NCBI GenBank assembly: GCA_049678565.1
Contig: JBAUEK010000047.1
Location: forward strand, 1 to 53,698
DNA: 53,698 nucleotides
Direction: 5' to 3'
From: Methyloceanibacter sp.
GTDB lineage: Bacteria > Pseudomonadota > Alphaproteobacteria > Rhizobiales > Methyloligellaceae
The notes under the pieces were generated by a model. That model made no database searches. It was given only the letters and a program-made list of their open reading frames with translations, and had not been told where the DNA came from. Shown here piece after piece: positions 1-8,989 of the stretch; within the stretch, counting starts at the first letter, position 1; every line of letters starts with the position of its first letter. A program made the translations under genes and the position numbers.

Positions 1-526
1 GCCCCTTGAAGCGCGGCATCACCTCGATGAAGCTGCACGGGCGGTGGCGGTTGTCGAACTGATATTTGAGGATGCCGTTCCAGGCATCCTTGCACGCGCC
101 CGGCGATCCCGGCAGGCAAAAGATAAACGTATCGCCCGCCATGCCGCCGCATGCTCGCGACTGAATGGTCGAAGTGCCGATTGTGGCGTAGCTCAGCATA
201 TGGAACAGGGTGGAGAAGCCATCGACCTCCTTGTCGAAGAGCGGCGCGACCGCATCCGGTGTCACGTCGCGCGCGGCGAAGCCCGTGCCGCCGGTGGAGA
301 TCACCACATCGACCTCCGGATCCTTGATCCACTTCTTCACCTGCTTCCGGATTTTCTTGGCGTCGTCGGTGACGATGGCCTGATCCGCCAGCAGATGCCC
401 CGCCTGCCCGATCATGGAGGCGAGCAGATTGCCAGACTTGTCGGTCTTCTCATCGCGCGTGTCCGAAACCGTGAGGACCGCAAAGCGCAGCGGGATGAAG
501 GCGATGCTTTCGTCGATACGGGCCAT
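1..526 (-). CDS. moaB: Molybdenum cofactor biosynthesis protein B (3' end runs off the window)
   Basis: Hand-translated, not in the ORF track because it has no stop: MARIDESIAFIPLRFAVLTVSDTR...VISTGGTGFAARDVTPDA...FCLPGSPGACKDAW. These are the MoaB/MogA TVSD, GGTG and LPGS motifs. Confidence 0.93.
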   Translation of the reverse strand, partial: MARIDESIAFIPLRFAVLTVSDTRDEKTDKSGNLLASMIGQAGHLLADQAIVTDDAKKIRKQVKKWIKDPEVDVVISTGGTGFAARDVTPDAVAPLFDKEVDGFSTLFHMLSYATIGTSTIQSRACGGMAGDTFIFCLPGSPGACKDAWNGILKYQFDNRHRPCSFIEVMPRFKG

Positions 527-572
527 GGGTTCCTTCCACGCCAAATCTCTTGGCGATCGGCGATGAAAGATT

Positions 573-1361
573 TCAGCGGCGGCCGAGCGCCGCCTTCAAC
601 ATCAGCAGGTCCCGCCAGGCGTAGCGCTTTTGCTCCGGCTTGCGCAACAAATAGGCCGGGTGCAGCGTGGCGAGCACGGGCAAATCGCCGATGGAACAGG
701 AATAGGTCAGCCACCGGCCCCTGAGCCGCATGATGCCCTCATTGACGCCGAGAACATGCTTCGCCGCGGCACCGCCGAGCAGGACCAAGAGCTTCGGCGA
801 CAGCAATTCGATCTCCCGGGCGAGGAACGGTGCGCAGGCTTCGATCTCCTCGGTCGTCGGCGTACGGTTGCCGGGCGGGCGCCAATAGACGGTGTTGGTG
901 ATGTAGACGTCCCCCTCGCCGAGCCCGATCGACGCGAGCATGCGATCGAGAAGCTGACCGGCGCGGCCGACAAAGGGCTTGCCTTGCAGGTCCTCGTCGC
1001 GGCCCGGCGCCTCGCCGATCAGCATGATCTCGGCCTGCGAATTGCCTCTGGCGAAGCACAAATTCTTGGCGGTGCGCTTGAGCGGGCAGCCATCGAATTG
1101 GGCGACCAGGGCTTCGAGCTGGTCCAAGGTTGAGACCTCGGAGCCGATGCTGCGAGCCGTTGGAGCGGCACGGGTTTTGGCCGGGGCGCCACGCGGGACA
1201 TTCACCACGGCAACGCGCGCCGGTACCGGCCGCGCCGGAGCAAGCTCGGGGCGGGCTTCGGCGAAGCCATTGCGAGGCTCTTCGCCCACGACCGCGTCGA
1301 CGCCCATGGCCTCGTACCAGGCGAGCAGGGCCTGGACGGGTTTTAGGTCGGCTTGCGCCAT
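573..1361 (-). CDS. Uracil-DNA glycosylase family 4
   Basis: GEAPG..ED..G.PFVG.AG, RPPGNR and HPAYLLR motifs. Start placed at ATG 1361 (MAQADL). Confidence 0.92.
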   Translation of the reverse strand: MAQADLKPVQALLAWYEAMGVDAVVGEEPRNGFAEARPELAPARPVPARVAVVNVPRGAPAKTRAAPTARSIGSEVSTLDQLEALVAQFDGCPLKRTAKNLCFARGNSQAEIMLIGEAPGRDEDLQGKPFVGRAGQLLDRMLASIGLGEGDVYITNTVYWRPPGNRTPTTEEIEACAPFLAREIELLSPKLLVLLGGAAAKHVLGVNEGIMRLRGRWLTYSCSIGDLPVLATLHPAYLLRKPEQKRYAWRDLLMLKAALGRR

Positions 1362-1520
1362 CAAATTGCGCGTGCTCCCGATTTGCGAATCGCCCAACTG
1401 GACCGGGCAATTCAAACGATCTAAGCCTTGGTCTTGGCCGTTGGCCAAGGAATACTGGATTCCCGCGCCCGCGGGAACGGCCTAAACCTCGGCCCTAAGT
1501 CCTGAACCTGGAGCTTAGCC

Positions 1521-3182
1521 TTGAACGACGTGACCGAGCGCGAGACCATGGAATTCGACGTGGTGATTGTCGGCGCGGGGCCAGCCGGGCTCGCCGCCGC
1601 GATCAGGCTCAAGCAGCTGGCAGCGGAGCAGGACAGCGACATCTCCGTGGTGGTGCTGGAGAAGGGCTCGCAGGTCGGAGTCCATATCCTGTCGGGGGCC
1701 GTGATCGACCCGGTCGCGCTCGACCGGCTCCTGCCGGATTGGCGCCAACAGGCCTCGCCGCTCGAGACGAAGGTGAGCGAGGACCGCTTCTATTATCTGT
1801 CGGAGACGGGCGGTGTCCCAGTGCCCTCGCTGCTGATGCCGCCGCTGATGAGCAATCATGGCTGCTACATCGGCAGTCTCGGTAGCCTGTGCCGCTGGCT
1901 GGGCGAGCAGGCCGAGGCGATGGGCGTGGAGATCTATCCCGGCATCTCCGTCACCGAGGCGATGATCGGGGCGAATGGCGAAGTCGAGGGCGTCAACACC
2001 GGCGATATGGGTGTGGCGCGGGACGGCACGCATAGGGACAGCTACACGCCCGGCATCGCGCTCACCGGCAAATACACCCTGCTGGCCGAAGGCGCGCGAG
2101 GCTCGCTCACCAAGCAGCTGATCAAACGCTTCGATCTCGATCGGGAGAGCGACCCGCAAAAATATGGCATTGGCCTCAAGGAGTTGTGGGAGGTGCCGCA
2201 GGAGAAGCATCGGCCGGGCCTGGTGCAGCACACCATGGGCTGGCCGCTCAATGATGCCACCGGCGGCGGCTCCTTCCTCTATCATTTCGGCGAGAATCTG
2301 GTTTCGGTCGGCTTCGTCGTGCATCTCGACTACGCCAATCCCTATCTCAATCCGTTCAAGGAATTTCAGCGGGCCAAGACCCATCCGCGCATCGCCGCCC
2401 AGCTCGAAGGCGGCCGCCGCATTGGCTATGGCGCCCGCGCCCTCACCGAGGGTGGCTGGCAGGCGATCCCGCGCCTCGCCTTCCCCGGCGGCGCGCTGAT
2501 CGGCTGCGCCGCGGGCTTCATGAATGTGCCCCGCATCAAAGGCAGCCACAACGCCATGCTGAGCGGCATGATGGCGGCGGAAGCGGCATACTCGGCGATC
2601 CAGGCGGGACGCACGCGCGACGTGCTCGACGCCTATCCGGAAGCCGTGCGGGCGAGCTCGATGGCGACGGAGCTGAAGCGCGTGCGCAATGTGAAGCCGC
2701 TCTGGTCGCGCCTCGGCACGCGGCTTGGCGTGATGCTCGGCGGCATCGATATGTGGTTGAGCACGCTGTTCCCGTTCCTGAGCCACACGCTGAAGCATGC
2801 CAAGCCTGACTATGCGAGCCTCACCAAGGCATCGGCGGCCAAGCCGATCGACTATCCCAAGCCCGACGGCGTGCTCAGTTTCGACATTCTGTCCTCGGTG
2901 TTCCTGTCGGGCACCAACCATGCCGAGGATCAGCCGGTGCATCTGCGCCTCGCCGATCCAAACATTCCGATCGAGGAGAACCTGCCGGAATATGCCGAGC
3001 CGGCGCAGAGATACTGCCCGGCGATGGTGTATGAGGTGGTCGAGGAAGGCGGCACGCCGCGCTTCCAGATCAACGCGCAAAACTGCGTCCACTGCAAAAC
3101 CTGCGACGTGAAGGACCCGGCGCAGAACATCACTTGGGTGCCGCCCGAGGGGGGCGATGGACCCAACTATGTGAATATGTGA
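1521..3182 (+). CDS. Electron transfer flavoprotein-ubiquinone oxidoreductase
   Basis: N-terminal GAGPAG FAD motif, HILSGAV, and C-terminal 4Fe-4S ligands YCPA...NCVHCKTCD. Confidence 0.96.
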   Translation: MNDVTERETMEFDVVIVGAGPAGLAAAIRLKQLAAEQDSDISVVVLEKGSQVGVHILSGAVIDPVALDRLLPDWRQQASPLETKVSEDRFYYLSETGGVPVPSLLMPPLMSNHGCYIGSLGSLCRWLGEQAEAMGVEIYPGISVTEAMIGANGEVEGVNTGDMGVARDGTHRDSYTPGIALTGKYTLLAEGARGSLTKQLIKRFDLDRESDPQKYGIGLKELWEVPQEKHRPGLVQHTMGWPLNDATGGGSFLYHFGENLVSVGFVVHLDYANPYLNPFKEFQRAKTHPRIAAQLEGGRRIGYGARALTEGGWQAIPRLAFPGGALIGCAAGFMNVPRIKGSHNAMLSGMMAAEAAYSAIQAGRTRDVLDAYPEAVRASSMATELKRVRNVKPLWSRLGTRLGVMLGGIDMWLSTLFPFLSHTLKHAKPDYASLTKASAAKPIDYPKPDGVLSFDILSSVFLSGTNHAEDQPVHLRLADPNIPIEENLPEYAEPAQRYCPAMVYEVVEEGGTPRFQINAQNCVHCKTCDVKDPAQNITWVPPEGGDGPNYVNM

Positions 3183-3342
3183 GCCTCGCCCGCGCGGCTA
3201 TATCGCGGGCGGCGGTCACAAACGCGCCGCCTTTAGGCGGCAAGGAAGCTTTTGGGTTGCGGTCGAGGCCAAAAGGCCTAATCCTCCCAAATGGGGGGCG
3301 TTGAGAACCGCATTTCTGGGGCGGCGCCAAGCCGGACACATC

Positions 3343-5097
3343 ATGCCAATTGACGACCGAACCTTCCGCAAATGGGCCTGGAGGTCTTTGCTCGCTCTGG
3401 CGCTGGTTGCCGCGCCGGCCGCCTATTCGGAAGTGGCGGGGCCAGGCGCGGTGCAGGCCGGTCCGGGGACCTTGCTCGGCAATTATCTCTCCGGCCGGGT
3501 GGCGCGAGGCGACCACGACACGACCGCCGCGGCGGAGTTCTATTCGCGCGCACTGGCCGAGGATCCCGGCAATGAGCTGATCCTCGAACAGACCTTCCTG
3601 CTCGAAACGGCGGCGGCCGATTGGGATCGCGCCATCGAGCTCGCGCATGAGCTCGTCAAGCATGAGCCGTCGCACCGCATCGCCCAGTTCCTGCTTGGCA
3701 TCGATTCATTCAAGCGCGGCAAATACGACGAAGCCGACAAGCACTTTGCCGCGGCCCGTCAAGGTCCGATCGCCGATCTGACCTCGATCCTGGCCCGGGC
3801 CTGGGTGCAGCAGGCGGCCGGCAAGACCAATGACGCCCTGGCCACGCTCGACAGTCTGAGCGATGCCGATTGGGCCCAGTTCTATCAGCGCTATCATCGC
3901 GCCCTGATCGCCGATCTCGCCGGCAAGCGCGACATGGCGCGCACCGCTTTTTCGCAGGCGTTCAGAAAGAACCCCACGACCTTGAGAGTGGCGGATGCCT
4001 ATGCGCGCCATGCGGTCAACGCCAAAAACCGCAAGCTGGCCAAGCAGACGCTCAGGACCCATATCGCCAAAGCCTCGCGCCATCCCTTGTCGCTAGCGCT
4101 GCTCGGTGAAATCGAGGCCGGCAAGACCCCGCCCTTGCTCGTGACCTCGCCCAGCGACGGGCTGGCGGAAGTCTTCTACGGCATCGGCGACGCCCTTGCC
4201 GGTGAAGGCGGCCTCGACATGGGCATCGTCTTCTTGCAATTCGCGCTTTACTTGAAGCCGGACTTCCCCCTCGCCCATGTTGCTCTGGCCGAGGCCTTCG
4301 ACGGCGCCAAGAGATACGATCTCGAGCTGGCTGAATTCAACACCATCAGCGAGGATTCGCCGCTTTGGCTGAACGTTCAGATTCAGAAGGCCTTCGCCCT
4401 GAATGCACTGGAGCAGGTGGATGAGGCCAAGGTGCTGCTCGAGAAGATCATCGCGCAGAACCCGAAGGATGTCCGCCCGCTCGACGCCTTGGGTAACATC
4501 CTGCGATCGCATGAGCGCTACGCCGAGGCTCGCGATTATTACAGCCGCGCCATCGATCTGATCGACAAGCCGACCAGGGAGCATTGGGCGCTGTTCTATG
4601 CCCGCGGCGTCTGCAGCGAACGGCTCAAGGAATGGCCAGCGGCCGAGGCGGATCTCAAGCGCGCGCTTGAGCTTTCCCCCGACGAGTCGCCGGTGCTGAA
4701 CTATCTTGGCTATACCTGGGTGGACCAGAACCAGAATCTCAAAACGGCGATGGACTACATCCGCAAGGCGGTGAAGCTGAAGCCTGACGATGGCTATTAC
4801 GTCGATAGTCTCGGCTGGGCCTATTTCCGCATCGGCAATTTGCAATCGGCGGTCGAGCAACTTGAGCGCGCGGTCGAGCTGAAACCGGACGATCCGGTCA
4901 TCAACGATCATCTGGGCGATGCCTATTGGCGCATCGGGCGGACACTCGAGGCCAAATATCAATGGCAGCAGAGCCTCACCCTGAAGCCGGACAACGATCT
5001 CGTCGCGTCGATCGAGAAGAAGCTTGAGGACGGGCTTCCGGACAGTGCGGAGACCAAGGCCGCAAATTCTTCGTCGGGGCAGAAAGTCGCCGAATAA
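3343..5097 (+). CDS. Exported tetratricopeptide-repeat protein
   Basis: Signal-like N-terminus and multiple TPRs (LNYLGY, DSLGW, DHLGDAYW). Located directly upstream of ispE. Start uncertain (3301 or 3343). Confidence 0.88.
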   Translation: MPIDDRTFRKWAWRSLLALALVAAPAAYSEVAGPGAVQAGPGTLLGNYLSGRVARGDHDTTAAAEFYSRALAEDPGNELILEQTFLLETAAADWDRAIELAHELVKHEPSHRIAQFLLGIDSFKRGKYDEADKHFAAARQGPIADLTSILARAWVQQAAGKTNDALATLDSLSDADWAQFYQRYHRALIADLAGKRDMARTAFSQAFRKNPTTLRVADAYARHAVNAKNRKLAKQTLRTHIAKASRHPLSLALLGEIEAGKTPPLLVTSPSDGLAEVFYGIGDALAGEGGLDMGIVFLQFALYLKPDFPLAHVALAEAFDGAKRYDLELAEFNTISEDSPLWLNVQIQKAFALNALEQVDEAKVLLEKIIAQNPKDVRPLDALGNILRSHERYAEARDYYSRAIDLIDKPTREHWALFYARGVCSERLKEWPAAEADLKRALELSPDESPVLNYLGYTWVDQNQNLKTAMDYIRKAVKLKPDDGYYVDSLGWAYFRIGNLQSAVEQLERAVELKPDDPVINDHLGDAYWRIGRTLEAKYQWQQSLTLKPDNDLVASIEKKLEDGLPDSAETKAANSSSGQKVAE

Positions 5098-5139
5098 GCT
5101 GCCGCTTCTCGTCCACAGAGTGGCGCCGGAGCATTTTCG

Positions 5140-6015
5140 ATGACGGCGCTCCGCGACACCGCTAGAGCCAAACTCAACCTCACGCTCGAAGTGCTGGGGC
5201 GCCGCGCCGACGGCTTGCATGAGCTGCGGAGTCTCGTCGCCTTTGCCGAGCTCGGCGATTGGGTCGCATTCAAACCCGGGTCCGAACTTCTGCTCGCGAT
5301 CGAGGGCCCGTTCGCGGGCGCGCTCGAGGGCGACAATCTCGTCCTCGCCGCGGCCAAAGCCGTCAAAGCCGCGGCGCCCACAATCGAGCTTGGCCAGTTT
5401 CGCCTGGCGAAGATGTTGCCGGTCGCGGCCGGCCTGGGCGGTGGTTCCGCCGACGCCGCCGCGACGTTGCGGCTGCTCGCCCGCGCCAATCCGGGTGCGC
5501 TCGCCCCTGCTGTCCTTGCAGAACTTGCGGCCAAGCTCGGATCGGACGTGACGGTCTGCCTCGAAAGCCGGCCGGCGCTGATGAGCGGGCGGGGCGAGCG
5601 CGTAGCCGCCGTCCGGGGCATGCCCGGCTGCGGCGTGGTGCTGGTCAATCCGAGGCTCCCGCTCGCCACGGTTGCCGTCTATGGCGCGCTGAAGGCGTCG
5701 CCTTTATCGGAATCGCGGCACGGCGCGACGGAAATCCCTGCGTTCGGTGGCTGCTTCGAGCAGCTGATCGCCTATGCGCAGGCGCGCGCGAACGATCTCG
5801 AACCGACGGCTTCGCGGCTGGTCCCCGCCATCGGCGAAGCGATCGGCGCGCTGAAGGCCGTCGAAGGAGCGCGCCTGGTCCGGCAGGCCGGGAGCGGCCC
5901 GACCTGCTTTGCCCTGTTCGCGAGCGCCGATGAAGCCGAATCAGCGGCGGCCACGGTCGCGGCAGCCAATCCATCCTGGTGGGTGGCCGCAAGCACCATC
6001 CTGCCAAGCGGATGA
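5140..6015 (+). CDS. ispE: 4-diphosphocytidyl-2-C-methyl-D-erythritol kinase
   Basis: AKLNLTL..G.R.DG.HEL, PVAAGLGGGSADAAA (GHMP kinase), LGSDV, NDLE and GSGPT motifs. Confidence 0.95.
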   Translation: MTALRDTARAKLNLTLEVLGRRADGLHELRSLVAFAELGDWVAFKPGSELLLAIEGPFAGALEGDNLVLAAAKAVKAAAPTIELGQFRLAKMLPVAAGLGGGSADAAATLRLLARANPGALAPAVLAELAAKLGSDVTVCLESRPALMSGRGERVAAVRGMPGCGVVLVNPRLPLATVAVYGALKASPLSESRHGATEIPAFGGCFEQLIAYAQARANDLEPTASRLVPAIGEAIGALKAVEGARLVRQAGSGPTCFALFASADEAESAAATVAAANPSWWVAASTILPSG

Positions 6016-6025
6016 GTCCAGGCGG

Positions 6026-7042
6026 CTAGAAGGGCCGATCGACGCAAAAAGCCACCGCATCGAGCAGCGCCGCCTTGGCGTCGCAATCGGGGAAGATCGC
6101 GAGCGCATCGCGGGCAATGGCGCCGTAGTGGCGGGCGCGCTCCATAGTGTCGGTGAGCGCGTTGTGTTTCTGCATCAGCGCCATGGCCTCGACGAGATCG
6201 TTGTCGTGGATGACCCCGTCCTGGAGCGTCCGCTGCCAGAAGGCACGCTCTTGGCCGCTGCCACGGCGATAGCACAGCACCACGGGCAGCGTGATCTTGC
6301 CCTCGCGGAAATCGTCGCCGACGCTCTTGCCGAGCGTCGCCGCCTCGCCGGCATAATCGAGCGCATCGTCGACGAGCTGAAAGGCAAGCCCAAGATTGCG
6401 GCCATAGGATCTAAGCCCGGCGGCCTCGGATTTCGGCCGCTCGGCCACCACCGCGCCAACCTCGGCCGCGGCGGCAAAGAGAGCCGCGGTCTTGGCGTCG
6501 ATCACCGCCAGATAGTCGTCCTCGGTAGTCTCGGTGTTCTTGGCGGTGACGAGCTGCATCACCTCGCCCTCGGCAATCACGGCCGCGGCGTCGGCGAGGA
6601 TGCGCAGCGCGCCGAGCGAGCCGACATCGACCATCATCTTGAAGGCTTGGCCGAGCAAAAAATCGCCGACGAGAACGCTCGCCTCATTACCCCAGAGCAG
6701 CCGGGCCGCCGCCTTGCCGCGGCGGAGATTGCTCTCGTCCACCACATCGTCATGCAGCAGCGTCGCGGTGTGCATGAACTCCACGCTTGCCGCCAGCCGC
6801 ACATGGCCGCTGCCTTCATAGCCACAGAGCTTGGCCGCGGCGATGGTGAGCATGGGCCGCAGGCGCTTGCCGCCGGAATCGATCAAGTGACGCGCGAGTT
6901 CGGGGATCAGCTCCACATTGGAGCGGGCGCGGTCGAGAATGATGCGGTTGACATGGCCCATATCCTCCTCGACAAGCGCGAGCAGTGGCGCAAGGCTTGC
7001 CTTTGGATCACGCGCGCCAGAAAGCTGAACAACGACTCCCAA
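6026..7042 (-). CDS. ispB: Polyprenyl (octa/decaprenyl) diphosphate synthase
   Basis: GGKRLRP, LLHDDVVD..RRG and FQLVDDALD aspartate-rich motifs. Confidence 0.92.
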   Translation of the reverse strand: MGVVVQLSGARDPKASLAPLLALVEEDMGHVNRIILDRARSNVELIPELARHLIDSGGKRLRPMLTIAAAKLCGYEGSGHVRLAASVEFMHTATLLHDDVVDESNLRRGKAAARLLWGNEASVLVGDFLLGQAFKMMVDVGSLGALRILADAAAVIAEGEVMQLVTAKNTETTEDDYLAVIDAKTAALFAAAAEVGAVVAERPKSEAAGLRSYGRNLGLAFQLVDDALDYAGEAATLGKSVGDDFREGKITLPVVLCYRRGSGQERAFWQRTLQDGVIHDNDLVEAMALMQKHNALTDTMERARHYGAIARDALAIFPDCDAKAALLDAVAFCVDRPF

Positions 7043-7152
7043 GAGATCTCTCCTAAAGCGGCTTCGCGTTTAAGATGATTTTGACGGCTGGGCCGATATT
7101 GTCTTTGCTCCAGCCGCTAGGTCAAGGCGCACCAGTGCAAGGGTTGCCTCGG

Positions 7153-7386
7153 ATGAAGGAATTGTTGCGGTCAAACGACGCGGTGCTGATCTCCTTTGTC
7201 AGCGCTCTGCTGGCTGAACAGGGAATCGCCTTCATGGTCGCCGACACGAATATGAGCGTGCTGGAAGGCTCGATCGGAGCGCTCCCCCGGCGCGTTCTCG
7301 TGGATTCCGATGAAATGGAGCGCGCGCGCCGCATTCTCACCGAGGCCGGTATTGGCGATGTCATCTCCACCGACGGCAGGATCTAA
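7153..7386 (+). CDS. Small DUF2007-like protein
   Basis: MKELLRSNDAVLISF...MSVLEGSIG.LPRR.LV. Typical small gene between ispB and the methyltransferase. Confidence 0.8.
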   Translation: MKELLRSNDAVLISFVSALLAEQGIAFMVADTNMSVLEGSIGALPRRVLVDSDEMERARRILTEAGIGDVISTDGRI

Positions 7387-8161
7387 GCGCACGGGCACGC
7401 TCCCACCCGGGACGACGCTGGACGACTTCCTCGGCGGCCGGATCGAGGTGCTACAGCCCAAGCAGGGCCACCGCGCCGGCAGCGATGCCGTGTGGCTGCA
7501 GGCCGCGGTCCCGGCGCAAGCCGGCGAGCGCGTGCTCGACGCCGGCGCCGGCGTCGGGGTGGCGGGGCTTTGCATGCTCGCCCGCGTTCCAGAAATCGCC
7601 GTGACCGCGGTGGAAATCGACGCCGGCCTTTGTGCCCTGGCGGAGGCCAATGCGCGGCGGAACGGTGTGGGCGACAAGTTCAAGGCGATCGATGCCGATG
7701 TGACCGCTCCGGCCGAAAGCCTCCTGGCCAAAGGTCTTGTGCGCGACGGCTACGATCAACTGATGGCCAATCCGCCCTATTATCCGGCCGGGACTGTCCG
7801 GGCAGCGCCTGACCCAGCGCGAGCGGGGGCTCATGTGATGCAGGAGGGAGCGCTTGAGGCTTGGATCCGCTTCCTCGCCACCGTGGCGGCGCCAAAAGGG
7901 CGTCTCACCCTCATCCACCAGCCTCGGGCGCTGCCGCAATTGCTGGCGCTGCTCGATCGGCGATTTGGCGGCGTCACGATCTTTCCCCTGTTCCCGAAGG
8001 CGGGCGAGCCCGCCACGCGCATCATCGTCCAGGCCGAGAAAGGAAGCCGTGCCGCCCTTCGTCTCCTCGCTGGCCTCGTGCTGCATGATGGAGACGGGCA
8101 CTACACGGCGAAGGCCGAGGGCGTACTTCGGAGCGGCGAAGCGCTCGATCTCGGAAGGTAG
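7358..8161 (+). CDS. tRNA1(Val) adenine-N6-methyltransferase-like (YfiC/TrmN6 family)
   Basis: VLDAGAGVG SAM-binding motif, NPPY catalytic motif and GHRAGSDA. Start approximate. Confidence 0.85.
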   Translation: MSSPPTAGSKRTGTLPPGTTLDDFLGGRIEVLQPKQGHRAGSDAVWLQAAVPAQAGERVLDAGAGVGVAGLCMLARVPEIAVTAVEIDAGLCALAEANARRNGVGDKFKAIDADVTAPAESLLAKGLVRDGYDQLMANPPYYPAGTVRAAPDPARAGAHVMQEGALEAWIRFLATVAAPKGRLTLIHQPRALPQLLALLDRRFGGVTIFPLFPKAGEPATRIIVQAEKGSRAALRLLAGLVLHDGDGHYTAKAEGVLRSGEALDLGR

Positions 8162-8166
8162 GAGAC

Positions 8167-8198
8167 AAAAAAGGGCTGCCGCCTAAGGCAGCAACCCT
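8167..8198 (-). terminator. Rho-independent terminator
   Basis: Minus strand AGGG(TT)GCTGCC-TTAGGC-GGCAGCCCT followed by a T run, downstream of the 8242..8514 gene. Confidence 0.7.
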
Positions 8199-8241
8199 CG
8201 ATTGGCCCAAGCGTGAGGCGGGCCCGGGCGCGCAAGGCGGC

Positions 8242-8514
8242 CTAGTAGCAAATGTTGATGCCGCGATAGACCGTCTTGTAGATGTAACCGTAGGCATAGT
8301 CGCTCCAGACGCGGATCGTCACCGGACGGGAGACGTAGCAACCACCGCCGTAATTGGAGTAGTTCCAGTGCTTGCTGTAGTTGTGATGGCCGTGGCCGTG
8401 GCCGTGGCCGTGACCATTGCCGTGGCCATAGCCGGCTTCAGCCTGAGGGGCGCCGAATGCGAGAGCGGCCAGGGCGGCGGCGGCGATGAGGGTCTGCTTC
8501 AACATTTTAGTCAT
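8242..8514 (-). CDS. Small secreted Gly/His-rich protein
   Basis: Signal peptide ending AEA-G, a GHGNGHGHGHGHGHH tract and two Cys in the C-terminal part. Terminator downstream. Start at 8514 or 8505. Confidence 0.8.
   Translation of the reverse strand: MTKMLKQTLIAAAALAALAFGAPQAEAGYGHGNGHGHGHGHGHHNYSKHWNYSNYGGGCYVSRPVTIRVWSDYAYGYIYKTVYRGINICY
8388..8411. repeat. In-frame hexamer tandem repeat (GGCCGT)x4 encoding (Gly-His)n
   Basis: Read directly from the sequence. Confidence 0.85.
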
Positions 8515-8608
8515 CCTCCAGAGTGTGACGCGGGGGTTCGCGTCTGATTGGGACCATCGAGCCAAGGGGTCTTCCCTCGGGTCATGATGCAGTTCTAGCT
8601 GGAGGGCT

Positions 8609-8646
8609 CTGAACCGAAGCTGAGACCGCCATTCATGTGGCGTTCA
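8609..8646. promoter_or_regulatory. 11-bp-phased four-box operator, CTGAA-N6-CTGAG-N6-ATTCA-N6-GTTCA
   Basis: Two direct-repeat half sites followed by their inverted pair, about 100 bp upstream of the His-rich peptide gene. Geometry resembles OmpR/PhoB-family sites. Confidence 0.5.
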
Positions 8647-8673
8647 GCCTGTTGGCGCCGTCTCAGGGCAACG

Positions 8674-8708
8674 GAAAGGGCCATCCCCGTGGCCGGGAAT
8701 GGCCCTTC
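8674..8708 (-). terminator. Terminator-like hairpin downstream of the Tyr/Gly-rich peptide gene
   Basis: Long stem AAGGGCCAT-CCC...GGG-A-ATGGCCCTT with a short T tract on the minus strand. Confidence 0.6.
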
Positions 8709-8740
8709 GCGCAAATCGCATCGTGCAGCGTCTTGGCCGG

Positions 8741-8989
8741 CTAATACCGCCAACCGCGGCGGCCGCGCCAATAAGGGTAATAGGCGTAAGGGTAGTAGCC
8801 GCCGCCATAATAGCGGTAGGGGCGATAGCCGTAGCCATAGCCGGGTCCGACATAGACCCCGGCGCCGGGTCCGTAATAGCCATAGCCTCCCCAGCGCCGC
8901 CAGCCGGCGGACGCGGGATCGGTGGAGATGGCAACGAGCGCAACGGCGAGCGCGCCCGCCGCGATCAGCAGAGTTGCAAGCCTGTTCAT
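8741..8989 (-). CDS. Small secreted Gly/Tyr/Arg-rich protein
   Basis: AGGAGG RBS and a signal peptide ending ASA-G. The mature part is almost entirely G/Y/R/W/P. Confidence 0.8.
   Translation of the reverse strand: MNRLATLLIAAGALAVALVAISTDPASAGWRRWGGYGYYGPGAGVYVGPGYGYGYRPYRYYGGGYYPYAYYPYWRGRRGWRY

Noticed and set aside
7070..7084. TTAA-N7-TTGA CtrA-like box between ispB and the DUF2007 gene
   Set aside because: It is a single degenerate match with no supporting context, and such matches are expected by chance in AT-rich spacers.
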